DNA from: an uncultured archaeon
GTDB lineage: Archaea > Aenigmatarchaeota > Aenigmatarchaeia > QMZP01 > JACQNV01
NCBI GenBank assembly: GCA_964631205.1
Contig: CAZVWU010000002.1
Span: 69,031-133,030 of the forward strand
Length of the DNA stretch: 64,000 nt
Direction of reading: 5' to 3'
Shown here: positions 46,364 to 56,036 of the stretch, piece after piece
How positions within the stretch are numbered: the first letter of the stretch is position 1
Layout: each line of letters begins with the position of its first letter
Made by a program: the position numbers and the translations under genes
The notes under the pieces: generated by a model
The model's input: only the letters and a program-made list of their open reading frames with translations
Databases searched by the model: none
What the model was told of the DNA's origin: nothing

Positions 46364-47647
46364 CTATTTCCCCCGCGCCAGTTTTATGTGCGACTCTGCA
46401 AGCTCATATTCATGCGCCTGTGCCCCAAACAAATTCAGGTCCTGTGCAGATGCTGCGCATGCTATAATTTCTGCTAACTTCTTTGCATTATTTCCAGAAG
46501 GATTTCCAGGCCCTGCGCACCCAAGAATCTCTAAACATTCTTTCGCTGTGCCAAAACCTGTCCCACCGCCAACAGTCGCCACCTCCAAACAAGGAAAGCT
46601 TGCAGAGAAAAGTAGATCTTCGCCAACCATCTCCAGATTCACAAAAGCAGAAGAGCTCTCCACAATCTGCGCAGCATCCTGTCCTGTCGCAATGAACATC
46701 GCAGCTATTGTATTTGCAACATTTACATTGAATCCAGAAAAAGTTCCTGCAAGGGCTGAGCCCTGGTGTTTAAGCTGAACTAATTCAACAATCTCCTTTG
46801 GTTCAACATTGAAAGTCTCCTTTATTATTTTTCCAGAAATCAGACATTCAGTCTCAACTGATTTCCCTCTGCCCAATAAAACATTCATGTGAGTGGCTTT
46901 TTTATCTGAACACATGTTCTCGGCAAGGCTGATAAGCTTTACCTCAGGATGCTCTTCCCTCAGCGCCTTTATCCCATTCGCAGAATATTTTGTCACAGAA
47001 TTCATCCCCATCGCATCCCCTGTTTGGAAATAAAATCTAAGATGGACCCTTCTGCCAATTTGAAACGGCTGTATATCCAATAGCTTGGAAACCTTGCTTT
47101 CCTTTTCAGCAGCTATTTTTATTTTCTGATAGAATTCGCCTTTCTTTTTTATTTCATCCACCAGCCACCTTGCCCTTTTAATATCAGGCAGCTCAACCAG
47201 CGGCGCCCTTGTCATGTGGTCCCTTGTAACCAAAACCCTTATTCCTCCAGCCTGATTGAAAACAGAACAACCTCTTGTAAGACCTGCCACAAGAGCCGCC
47301 TCATTTGTGGCAACAGGAAGATAGAATTCGCCTTCTGCATACTCCCCAAGAATTTTCAGCGGCCCGCCTATACCTAAAGGGACAATAGAACCTCCTATCT
47401 GGTTTTCTATGCCTGTAGTCCCCTTCTCAGGATCAGCCACAGAAACAAAACTATTTTTAATTTTTTCAAATTTTTTATCTCGCTTCTCCTCAAGAAACCT
47501 CAACCTTAATTCAGCAGCCTCTTTATTCGCCTTCAAAAAACCATCTTTCTGATTATTATAAACCCTTTCCAGAATGACCTTTTCCAGCTGATAAGGCTTG
47601 ACCTTCCCTTCTTTTAATTCAGAGTAGATAGAATCCAGAATATCCAT
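46364..47647 (-). CDS. hmgA: HMG-CoA reductase
   Basis: PVATNEAALVAG, DAMGMN and GTxGGG motifs, ~427 aa. Confidence 0.9.
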   Translation of the reverse strand: MDILDSIYSELKEGKVKPYQLEKVILERVYNNQKDGFLKANKEAAELRLRFLEEKRDKKFEKIKNSFVSVADPEKGTTGIENQIGGSIVPLGIGGPLKILGEYAEGEFYLPVATNEAALVAGLTRGCSVFNQAGGIRVLVTRDHMTRAPLVELPDIKRARWLVDEIKKKGEFYQKIKIAAEKESKVSKLLDIQPFQIGRRVHLRFYFQTGDAMGMNSVTKYSANGIKALREEHPEVKLISLAENMCSDKKATHMNVLLGRGKSVETECLISGKIIKETFNVEPKEIVELVQLKHQGSALAGTFSGFNVNVANTIAAMFIATGQDAAQIVESSSAFVNLEMVGEDLLFSASFPCLEVATVGGGTGFGTAKECLEILGCAGPGNPSGNNAKKLAEIIACAASAQDLNLFGAQAHEYELAESHIKLARGK

Positions 47648-47699
47648 AGGAAAGGTAGCAAAATAATCTATATAAAGCCGACTATAATATTATTACGAT

Positions 47700-47969
47700 A
47701 TGAAATTAGAGATAATCGAAGACGAGAAAAACAAGCTGAAAATAGCAGTTGACGGTGAATCGCACACCTTGTTGAATATTCTCAGGGAAAATGCATGGAA
47801 ATCAGGCGCTGACCAAGCCGCTTATCTTATTAACCACCCATACAACTCACCTCCGGAATTGATAATCCATTCAGACAACCCAAGAAAAATCCTGAACGCT
47901 GCAGCCCAGCTTATTGTAGACCAGGCAAAAGAGTTCAACAAAGAATTCACGGCCGCGGCCAAGAAATAA
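47700..47969 (+). CDS. rpoL: DNA-directed RNA polymerase subunit L (Rpo11)
   Basis: ~89 aa; EDEKNKLKIAVDGESHTLLNILRE matches the Rpo11 dimerisation fold signature. Confidence 0.8.
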   Translation: MKLEIIEDEKNKLKIAVDGESHTLLNILRENAWKSGADQAAYLINHPYNSPPELIIHSDNPRKILNAAAQLIVDQAKEFNKEFTAAAKK

Positions 47970-47995
47970 TTTTTAGAACCAAACCAATTAATTCT

Positions 47996-48589
47996 ATGCG
48001 CCTTTCAATAATCAAGCCGGAAATAAGGGTTGTTGGATTCGATGACTGCGCTTTTACTTTTGGGCAGAAAGAGACCATTGTTATAGGAACCATATTCAGG
48101 GGCGGGGATTATCTCGACGGCTTGATATCAACCAAAATAAAAGTTGACGGGCTGGACTCAACAGCCAAATTGGCAGAATGCATCAACTCAAGCAGGCATA
48201 AAGACCAGATTCGGATTATCATGCTTAATGGGATAACTTTCGGCGGCTTTAATATAGTTGATATACATGAACTCCATAAAAAAACCTCCATGCCTGTGAT
48301 AGCCGTTGTGGGGCATAAACCAGATTTAAAATCTATAAAACTGGCTTTGGAAAAATTCAAAGATTTTAGAGAAAGATTTTCTCTAATTGAAAAAGCAGGC
48401 AAAATCAGGAAAATAAATATTGAAGCCCAACACAGAAAAAACACAATCTATTACCAGCAGTCAGGCCTTGACACAAAAACTGCGGAAAAAGTTATTAAGG
48501 CGACCTCGACAAGGTCTACTATACCAGAGCCTTTAAGGATAGCCGACATAATATGCAAAGGCCTTTCACCAGTATTTTATGAAAAATAA
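47996..48589 (+). CDS. UPF0215/DUF99-family protein
   Basis: IRVVGFDDCAF N-terminus and GITFGGFNIVD. Confidence 0.7.
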   Translation: MRLSIIKPEIRVVGFDDCAFTFGQKETIVIGTIFRGGDYLDGLISTKIKVDGLDSTAKLAECINSSRHKDQIRIIMLNGITFGGFNIVDIHELHKKTSMPVIAVVGHKPDLKSIKLALEKFKDFRERFSLIEKAGKIRKINIEAQHRKNTIYYQQSGLDTKTAEKVIKATSTRSTIPEPLRIADIICKGLSPVFYEK

Positions 48590-49091
48590 AAACAAGATAA
48601 AAAACGACGGAAAAGACACAATACTTTTCATCATCATAGGCATCCTGTTGGCAATCGGACTGAATCAGGGAATGGCATTCGTACTGGCAACAGAATACCC
48701 TATAGTTGCTGTTGAATCCAACTCAATGACGCCTTTTTTTTATAGGGGCGACATACTGCTTGTAAAAGGGGTTACAAAAGAAGAGCTTAAAACAAGCGAT
48801 GTAATAGTCTTTTCCGTTCCCGGAAAACAAGTTCCAATAGTCCACAGGGTTGTAGCGGTGAATAGCGACGGGACATACCAGACAAAAGGCGATGCAAATT
48901 CAGGCCAGCATCCATGGGAAACCAATATACAATTCAGCCAGATAAAGGGCAGAGAAATTTTCATCCTTCCGGTGCTAGGGTGGGTCAAAATAGGGATTAC
49001 AGAAATAATCGGCTCAAATATTTTATTTTTTGCCGTATTTGGAACTGCAGTAACATTTATATATATGATTACAAATAAGAAGAAAGTTTAG
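48579..49091 (+). CDS. archaeal-type signal peptidase I (S26B)
   Basis: N-terminal TM, SNSMTPFFYRGDILLV, VHRVV and TKGDAN motifs. Confidence 0.75.
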   Translation: MKNKNKIKNDGKDTILFIIIGILLAIGLNQGMAFVLATEYPIVAVESNSMTPFFYRGDILLVKGVTKEELKTSDVIVFSVPGKQVPIVHRVVAVNSDGTYQTKGDANSGQHPWETNIQFSQIKGREIFILPVLGWVKIGITEIIGSNILFFAVFGTAVTFIYMITNKKKV

Positions 49092-49105
49092 AATTTACGC
49101 ATGTT

Positions 49106-49429
49106 ATGGAATTCTGCGACAATTGCGGTTTAGTTTTGATTGCAAAAAAGGAAGGCACAAAATCCTTTCTTGTATGCAGGAAGTGCGGCTACAAATCCAA
49201 AGACTACAAGCCTCTTGAGATAAGGGAAAAAGTGCAAAAGGCCCCCTTGGAAGATGTAATAGTCATAGAAAAAAGCGAGGAAGCCCTTCCAAAAACAAAG
49301 TCAGTCTGCCCGAAATGCCAGAACAAGGAAGCCTACTGGTGGATCCAGCAGACCCGTTCAGCAGACGAGGCTCCAACCCTTTTCCTCAGATGCACACAGT
49401 GCAAGCATTCGTGGAGAGAATACGGTTAA
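49106..49429 (+). CDS. tfs: transcription factor S (TFS/RpoM)
   Basis: Two Zn ribbons (CDNCG..CRKCG; CPKC..CTQC) and the acidic-hairpin TRSADEA. Confidence 0.85.
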   Translation: MEFCDNCGLVLIAKKEGTKSFLVCRKCGYKSKDYKPLEIREKVQKAPLEDVIVIEKSEEALPKTKSVCPKCQNKEAYWWIQQTRSADEAPTLFLRCTQCKHSWREYG

Positions 49430-49514
49430 TTGGAATTTTGAATTGAGCCAAATCTACCCTTTCTTTATTTAAAACTTCAATCCCAACTAAACTAGAGTTA
49501 ATTTTTTATTTACT

Positions 49515-50117
49515 ATGATCCTCCCAGACCATGAGATTAAAAAATACCTTGCTGAAGGCAAGATTGTTGTTGAACCTTTGACTGATCCAGAAGTGCAGAT
49601 CCAGGCAGCGTGGATAGACCTTAGGCTTGGGGATGAATTCAAGGTCTTCAAGCACACACAGGAAGCTTTTATAGACTCGAAAAACCCAAAAGAATATACA
49701 GAGGACATGGTATCAAACGGGAACCCGATAATCCTTCATCCAAAAGAGTTCATGCTCGGGATAACAAAAGAAACAATAAAGATGCCAGACGACCTTGTAG
49801 GCTACATTGATGGGCGATCCTCCCTAGGTCGGCTTGGGGTAACAGCCCACATAACCTCTGCTTGGGTTGATCCAGGGTTCCAAGGCAGGCTTGTACTTGA
49901 AATCTCTAACCTCGGCAAAATGCCTGTGACGATATATCCGGACATGAGAGTTGCCAAACTTTTATTTTTCAAATTAACCTCGCCTTCAGAAAGGCCTTAC
50001 AATGTAAGGAACTCCAAATACCAAAACCAGAGCAAGGTGACAGAAAGCAAAATCCATACAGACAAAAACATCGAGTGGTTCACAAAGGTATATAAGGATA
50101 CAGTTTCAAAAAGCTAG
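49515..50117 (+). CDS. dcd: dCTP deaminase
   Basis: ILPDHEIKKYL, GYIDGRSSLGRLG and VLEISN motifs. Confidence 0.85.
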   Translation: MILPDHEIKKYLAEGKIVVEPLTDPEVQIQAAWIDLRLGDEFKVFKHTQEAFIDSKNPKEYTEDMVSNGNPIILHPKEFMLGITKETIKMPDDLVGYIDGRSSLGRLGVTAHITSAWVDPGFQGRLVLEISNLGKMPVTIYPDMRVAKLLFFKLTSPSERPYNVRNSKYQNQSKVTESKIHTDKNIEWFTKVYKDTVSKS

Positions 50118-50137
50118 TAGACTTTATCAGGTGATTT

Positions 50138-50662
50138 ATGGGAATCAGACCAGGCAGATGTTATAGAACAATAAAAAGGCCGTACACAAGGCAGAGCCAG
50201 AAGAAGCCGAAAAAAGGTTATGTTAAGGGAGTTCCAGGCTCCAAGCTGGTGACCTTTGAAATGGGGAAACCAAAAGATAATTTTTCCCTGCATGTAAATC
50301 TAGTGGCTGAAAGGCGCGTCCAGATCAGGCACAATGCCCTGGAGGCAGCAAGAATTGCAGCAAACAAGGCCCTTGCGGATGCCATAGGTGAAGAAAACTT
50401 TTACATGAAAGTCGCAGTCTATCCACACCACGTCTTAAGGGAAAATGCAATGGCAACAGGCGCAGGCGCAGACCGTTTCCAGTCAGGGATGAGGCTCGCC
50501 TTTGGAAGGCCTATTGGGGTGGCGGCCCAAATAAAACCAAAGCAAACACTTTTTATTGTCCAATCTATCCCAGGAAAATACAGCGAAATAAAGGAAGCAT
50601 TCAGGATAGCGATGTCAAAACTCCCAACACCATGCAAGCTGGTTGTTGAAAAAACAGGTTAA
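50138..50662 (+). CDS. rpl10e: 50S ribosomal protein L10e (uL16)
   Basis: MGIRPGRCYR N-terminus and GAGADRFQSGMRLAFG. Confidence 0.9.
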   Translation: MGIRPGRCYRTIKRPYTRQSQKKPKKGYVKGVPGSKLVTFEMGKPKDNFSLHVNLVAERRVQIRHNALEAARIAANKALADAIGEENFYMKVAVYPHHVLRENAMATGAGADRFQSGMRLAFGRPIGVAAQIKPKQTLFIVQSIPGKYSEIKEAFRIAMSKLPTPCKLVVEKTG

Positions 50663-51342
50663 ATATAACCGACTTTTTTCTTGTCTTCAAGCCAGCCGCC
50701 CAATCTTCTTATAGGTTCGATCTTACTGTGTAGGCTTTCTGGAAGTTCTTCTTTTAACTCTTCCGTAAGGTTTTCAAACTCCGGCGGCTCTGCCTGGCTT
50801 AACCTCATCCCTATAAGCCCTCTAAGTACCCTGTACAAAAATCGTTTCTGCGCCATTCCCGCATATTGATCTTTCATGCCAGACACCAATACAGAAGATG
50901 CAACAATAAACTCGTCATCCACCTTTTCAGGCTTAAACAAACCTCTTATATCCATAAGCTCCTGCCTAAATGAATAGAAGTCGCCACTGAACTTTTCAAC
51001 TAATTTTTTACCTTCGTCTTCTGGAGGATATCCGCGCGCTATGATAAGGTCGCTTTTGAGTTCAGGCCCGCCTATATATCTGATAATTTCAGTAACAGAA
51101 GGGAACCCAATTAAATCAAGCCTCATCAATAATCTTTGCAAAAGCCTGTCCTTATCATTTCTTCCAGTTCCTTGATAAGCATTGCTGAGAGCCTTGCAGT
51201 GAGGTTTTACTGGTTCGCCTGTTCTATAAAACTCAATAAGCTTATCTATGCAATCTGCACCATTTCCATTAGAATAACTTACTCCTGTCCAGTTAGGGTT
51301 AACTGAAACAGGAACTCTAGCCGGGTTATATTCCATAATCAC
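50659..51342 (-). CDS. hypothetical protein (227 aa)
   Basis: ORF only; no motif recognised. Confidence 0.45.
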   Translation of the reverse strand: MIMEYNPARVPVSVNPNWTGVSYSNGNGADCIDKLIEFYRTGEPVKPHCKALSNAYQGTGRNDKDRLLQRLLMRLDLIGFPSVTEIIRYIGGPELKSDLIIARGYPPEDEGKKLVEKFSGDFYSFRQELMDIRGLFKPEKVDDEFIVASSVLVSGMKDQYAGMAQKRFLYRVLRGLIGMRLSQAEPPEFENLTEELKEELPESLHSKIEPIRRLGGWLEDKKKVGYI

Positions 51343-51434
51343 ATTAAATTGCTCAATAGACTTATAAATTTATCCCCACAGACTAAATCCTGAGCGGAAA
51401 GATTTTTAAACTAGAAACAATTATTATCTGTCTT

Positions 51435-53783
51435 ATGCCATATGTCCTTGCCCTCGAAGATGTGAACAGGAATACAAAAAATGCCGGCAATAAGGCTGCA
51501 AACCTCGGCGAAATGCTCAAAGCAGGCCTTCCAGTCCCAGCCGGTTTTGTTATAACATCAGAGGCCTTTGACTTTTTCTTGAAATTCAACAGGTTGGAGG
51601 AAAGGATACAGCAAGCCTTAAAGGAGATAGACATTGAAAATATAGACCTGCTCAAGCAAAAATCCAAGGAAATAGAAGACCTTATAATCGGCGGGCAGAT
51701 GCCTGATAGTTTGCGCAGGGAAGCAAGGGATTTCTATGAAAATATTGGAGTCGGCAAAGAAGCAAGGATGCTCGGAGGAGCGGCTCTGGACATTATAAGA
51801 GCTGGGAGGGAAAGGGTTTTCGTTGCTGTTAGAAGCTCAGCCCTGATCGAGGATTCAACTTCAGCCAGCTTTGCAGGCCAGATGAGGACATATGTGAATA
51901 TTAATGGAACTGACAAGATGCTTGAAGCAGTCAGAAGGTGCTGGGCATCGCTGTTCGCTCCCCGCGCAATTTTTTACAGAAAAAAGAAAAATATCTCAGG
52001 CCCTTTATCAACAGGCATAATGGTCCAAAAAATGCTTGAGCCTGAAAAATCTGGAATAACCTTTTCAGCAGACCCTGTGAACGGAAATAAAAACAAAATG
52101 ATTATAGAAGCCTGCTACGGATTAGGCCAGTCAGTTGCTTCCGGCTTTGTGATACCAGATATGTATACGCTAGACAAGCAGACAGGCCAGCTTCTGGAAA
52201 AAAAACTTGGGAAAAAATCAATCCTGTTCAGGAAAGACCAGATAGGCAAAACAATAATAGAGACAGTAAACCCCGAAAGAGCCTCCAGCCATTCTCTTTT
52301 GGAACCAGAGATATCAAAATTAGCTGAAATAACAAAAAGGATAGAAAACTTGTACGGCGGCCAGCCGCAGGACATAGAATGGTGCATAGAACGGGGAAGA
52401 GTTTTTGTCCTTCAGTCAAGGCCAATAACAACGCTAAATAAAGAAACAGCTAACTCGCCTCCTTTAGAGCAAAAGGAGCCTTTATTAAAGGGATCAGTAG
52501 CTTGCCAGGGCAGCTTCCATGGAAAAACAAAAATTATAACAAGCCCAGACTCAATATCAGATCTCTCCACCGGTGATATAATTATTTCAAAAACAACAAA
52601 CCCGGATTTTGTGCCTTATATAACAAAAATTGCTGGAATTATAACAGATCAAGGCGGAATAACAAGCCACTTTGCAATAATTAGTAGGGAGTTTGGCACC
52701 CCTTTCATATGCGGAACAGAAAATTCGACACAAACCATCCAGGAAGAACAGGAAATCTCCACTGACGGATTTTCAGGCAATATATATCCTTCACCCAAAA
52801 AAGTCGAGCCGGCTTTATCGGACCAAAAAAACGAAATAGCTCAGAAGACAGAAAATCTTTTTAAAGATCCGTTAGAAGGTCTCACAGCGACGCAAATAAA
52901 AATAAACCTCACTTTGTTAGGGGAAACTGAAAAACTGCCTGATGCAACCGACGGGATAAACCCGCTAAGCATGGAACACATAATTGTCAGTTCGGGAAGA
53001 AACTATTTGGCTTCTGTAAAAACAAGTCCTGGAGAATTGGCATCTTTTTTAGCAGAAAAAATTGGAAATGTTGCGGCTTCCACTAATGGCAAGCCTGTAT
53101 GGTATAAGTGCTTGGATCTCAAAGCAGATGAATTGCAGATCGTTGACGGAATTGAAGAAGAGCTGAAAGAAACTAACCCACTTCTTGGCAGGCGCGGAAT
53201 AAGGGCTTCAATAGCAAATGAGGAAATTTTAAAATGTGAGTTAGCTGCACTAAAGATGTTGAAAGAGAGCGGCTTAACCCACGTAAACATCCTTCTCCCC
53301 TTTATAACAGCTCCAGAAGAAATAATTTTTGCAAAAAAACTAATAGATTTTCCTTTAAAAATAGGGATTATTGCAGAAACACCTGCAGCCTTGGTAGACC
53401 TTGAAAGGATATGCAGCGCAGGAGTTGATTTTGTAACAATTGATTTGAACAACCTTACACAACTCACTCTTGGAGTTGACAGGTCAAACCCTGACGTATC
53501 TGGCCTTTATTCTGAAAGTCATCCTGCTGTGTTAACTCTAGTAAAAAAAGCTATTGACACATGCAAAAACTTAGGCATAAAATGCGGCATATATGGCGAC
53601 TGCGCAAACACCATGCCAGATATTGTAGAAAAGCTTGTTGAATTCGGAATAGATTCAATTTCAGTTGATCCAAATTCTGTCCAGGCGGTAAAGAATGTTA
53701 TTTTAAGGACAGAAAGAAGGCTACTTCTCGATAAAGTCAGGTTCCAAGGACAAGAAAACAAAACTTATAAGCCTTATTATTAA
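51435..53783 (+). CDS. ppsA: phosphoenolpyruvate synthase (pyruvate, water dikinase)
   Basis: GNKAANLGEM ATP-grasp N-terminus, phospho-His domain GGITSHFAIISREFGTP, and a C-terminal PEP-utilising barrel with CGIYGDC. Confidence 0.9.
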   Translation: MPYVLALEDVNRNTKNAGNKAANLGEMLKAGLPVPAGFVITSEAFDFFLKFNRLEERIQQALKEIDIENIDLLKQKSKEIEDLIIGGQMPDSLRREARDFYENIGVGKEARMLGGAALDIIRAGRERVFVAVRSSALIEDSTSASFAGQMRTYVNINGTDKMLEAVRRCWASLFAPRAIFYRKKKNISGPLSTGIMVQKMLEPEKSGITFSADPVNGNKNKMIIEACYGLGQSVASGFVIPDMYTLDKQTGQLLEKKLGKKSILFRKDQIGKTIIETVNPERASSHSLLEPEISKLAEITKRIENLYGGQPQDIEWCIERGRVFVLQSRPITTLNKETANSPPLEQKEPLLKGSVACQGSFHGKTKIITSPDSISDLSTGDIIISKTTNPDFVPYITKIAGIITDQGGITSHFAIISREFGTPFICGTENSTQTIQEEQEISTDGFSGNIYPSPKKVEPALSDQKNEIAQKTENLFKDPLEGLTATQIKINLTLLGETEKLPDATDGINPLSMEHIIVSSGRNYLASVKTSPGELASFLAEKIGNVAASTNGKPVWYKCLDLKADELQIVDGIEEELKETNPLLGRRGIRASIANEEILKCELAALKMLKESGLTHVNILLPFITAPEEIIFAKKLIDFPLKIGIIAETPAALVDLERICSAGVDFVTIDLNNLTQLTLGVDRSNPDVSGLYSESHPAVLTLVKKAIDTCKNLGIKCGIYGDCANTMPDIVEKLVEFGIDSISVDPNSVQAVKNVILRTERRLLLDKVRFQGQENKTYKPYY

Positions 53784-53803
53784 TTTAGCTATTGGTGATT
53801 ACG

Positions 53804-54793
53804 ATGAAATCAACAGCAGTAGCAAACGCAAACATAGCCCTTGTAAAATATTGGGGAAAAAGAGACTCTAAACTCATCCTTCCACAGAATGGAAGCCTTT
53901 CCATGACTTGTGACGGGCTATCCACAATAACCACAGTAGATTTTTCTCCAGAATACAATCAAGACACAATTTTAATCAATGATGAAGAATTAAGGAAAGA
54001 TGAAAAAGACGTTTTAGGCCACTTGGACAGGATAAGAAACCTTGCAGGAATAAATGAAAAAGCAAAAGTTGTCTCAGAAACAAATTTCCCAGTAGCCGCC
54101 GGCCTCGCCTCCTCTGCTTCTGGCCTTGCAGCAATAACTTTAGCAGCCACCAAGGCAGCCGGCCTAAATGTTCCAGAAAGAGAATTGACTATTCTCACTA
54201 GACAAGGTTCAGGCTCAGCTTCCAGAAGCATCTGTGAAGGTTTTGTAGAGTGGTATAGAGGCCAGAAAGAAGATGGGTCAGACAGCTTTGCAGAGACAAT
54301 AGCCCCAAAAAACCATTGGCCAGAATTCAGGATGATTGCCACAATTTTAACTGAGAAACAAAAGCCCGTTAGCAGCCGAGCAGGAATGGCGCAATCTGTT
54401 GCAAATTGCCCTTATTATACTAGCTGGATAAAAGAAGCGACAAAGGATTTGGAAACTGTAAGAACTGCCATAAAAGAAAAAAACTTCCAGAAACTTGGGG
54501 AAACAGCAGAATTAAACTGCCTGAAAATGCATGCAGTTATGATGACTACTACACCACCTATTATTTACTGGATTCCTGAAACCCTTGAAGTAATACATAC
54601 TGTGCGTGCTTTAAGAGAAGAAGGTATACAAGCCTATTTCACAATAGACGGCGGTCCGCAGGTAAAAGTAATGTGTCTGGAAAAGGATGCAGAAAAAATA
54701 AACAAAATGCTCCAAGAACTCTCTTCAGTCAAAAGGACAGTTGTCTGCAAGCCAGGGGACGGAGCAAAATTATTGGACAAACACTTATTTTAA
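53804..54793 (+). CDS. diphosphomevalonate decarboxylase homolog (MDD, or phosphomevalonate decarboxylase)
   Basis: NIALVKYWGKRD, AAGLASSASG and FTIDGGPQV motifs. Start moved to the ATG at 53804. Confidence 0.85.
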   Translation: MKSTAVANANIALVKYWGKRDSKLILPQNGSLSMTCDGLSTITTVDFSPEYNQDTILINDEELRKDEKDVLGHLDRIRNLAGINEKAKVVSETNFPVAAGLASSASGLAAITLAATKAAGLNVPERELTILTRQGSGSASRSICEGFVEWYRGQKEDGSDSFAETIAPKNHWPEFRMIATILTEKQKPVSSRAGMAQSVANCPYYTSWIKEATKDLETVRTAIKEKNFQKLGETAELNCLKMHAVMMTTTPPIIYWIPETLEVIHTVRALREEGIQAYFTIDGGPQVKVMCLEKDAEKINKMLQELSSVKRTVVCKPGDGAKLLDKHLF

Positions 54794-54794
54794 T

Positions 54795-55296
54795 ATGTCA
54801 GAACTCTTTGATGTCGTGGACGATCAAGACAATGTAATTGGAAAAGCTACAAGGGGCGAATGCCATGAAAAAGGGCTTCTGCACAGAACAGTACATATAC
54901 TTATACTAAATTCAAAAGGAGAGCCTGCTGCTCCAGAAAAGAAGCCAGAATATGGATACAGCCCCCGGTTACTGGACCTCCTCTGCAGCAGGCCATGTAG
55001 ACCTTGGGGAAATTCCAGAAAAAGCAGCTTACAGGGAGCTCGAAGAAGAGCTGGGAATAAAAGCAGAATTAAAACAAATAGGAAAAATTATAGCCAAAAA
55101 CCCGCAGCACGCCCAGCTCGTCAGCATATTCCTCGGCTGCTGCGACAGCGGATTTAAACCTGATAATAAAGAGATTGAAGAGATAGAGTTTGTTAAAACA
55201 AGTAAAATAAAAAGAGAAATCCGCCTTTACACAAGAAAATTCACACCAGCCTTTATAGAAATTTTCAGGAAATTCTGCGAGGTGGAAGGATTATGA
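54795..55296 (+). pseudogene. idi: type-1 isopentenyl-diphosphate isomerase / IDI-like Nudix protein with a +1 frameshift in an A4 run (54914-54917)
   Basis: Frame a reads ...GLLHRTVHILILNSK. Frame b reads ESLLLQKRSQNMDTAPGYWTSSAAGHVDLGEIPEKAAYRELEEELGI. Removing one A joins them. Length is 3n+1. Confidence 0.65.
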
Positions 55297-56036
55297 TTAA
55301 ACTAGTCGTCTTCGATTTTGACGGTGTAATAATTGATAGTGCACACGAGTGTTTTGTTGTCTGCCAAGAGATTGTGAAAAGGCTTGGTTGGAAAAGTATA
55401 GACAAGTTAGAAAAACAGTTTCTCGAAGCGCGCTCTTTTGTGCTTGCCGCAGAAGATTGTTACTATATTGTACGGTCTTTTAATGACAATCTGAATATAG
55501 ATTTTTCTAATTTAACTCAAGAAGAATTTGAAAAATTAAAGCTGAAATTAAATGGAGATTTCCAAGGTTTTGTAAAATTATTTTACGAAATAAGATATGA
55601 CATGCAGAAAAAAGATATCGAAAACTGGCTAAAACTGCACAGACTTTATCCAGGCGTGAAAGAAGCGTTTTCGGATATTTCAAAAAAATACAAAATTGCC
55701 ATTGCAACAACAAAAGACAAAAAATCTGCCCTTGATCTGCTTAAGGCAAATGGATTGTATATAAAGGAAAACCAGATAACAGGAAGGGAGCTGGCTCATG
55801 ATAAACTTACCCAGCTAAAAATTCTGTCAAAAAACCTGAACATAAAACCAGAAGAAATCTTTTTTATAGAGGACATGCTACAAAATTTGAAGCCTTGCTT
55901 GGATATTGGTTGCAAAGGCGCGTTAGTTTCCTGGGGCTATTCGAATAAAGCACAACAGGAAGAGGCAAAAAAGCTGGGAATATTCGTTTTAAAACCACAA
56001 GATTTGATCAAACAAATTCCTGGTATACAAAACTAG
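55293..56036 (+). CDS. HAD-superfamily hydrolase
   Basis: VVFDFDGVIIDS motif I, IATTKDKKS motif II region and FIEDM motif. Confidence 0.75.
   Translation: MIKLVVFDFDGVIIDSAHECFVVCQEIVKRLGWKSIDKLEKQFLEARSFVLAAEDCYYIVRSFNDNLNIDFSNLTQEEFEKLKLKLNGDFQGFVKLFYEIRYDMQKKDIENWLKLHRLYPGVKEAFSDISKKYKIAIATTKDKKSALDLLKANGLYIKENQITGRELAHDKLTQLKILSKNLNIKPEEIFFIEDMLQNLKPCLDIGCKGALVSWGYSNKAQQEEAKKLGIFVLKPQDLIKQIPGIQN

Noticed and set aside
53003-53467. 154-aa minus-strand ORF
   Set aside because: It is antisense inside PEP synthase. Other antisense/overlapping ORFs such as 12187..12633, 13884..14327, 27254..27745, 27463..27927 and 46386..46778 were rejected for the same reason.
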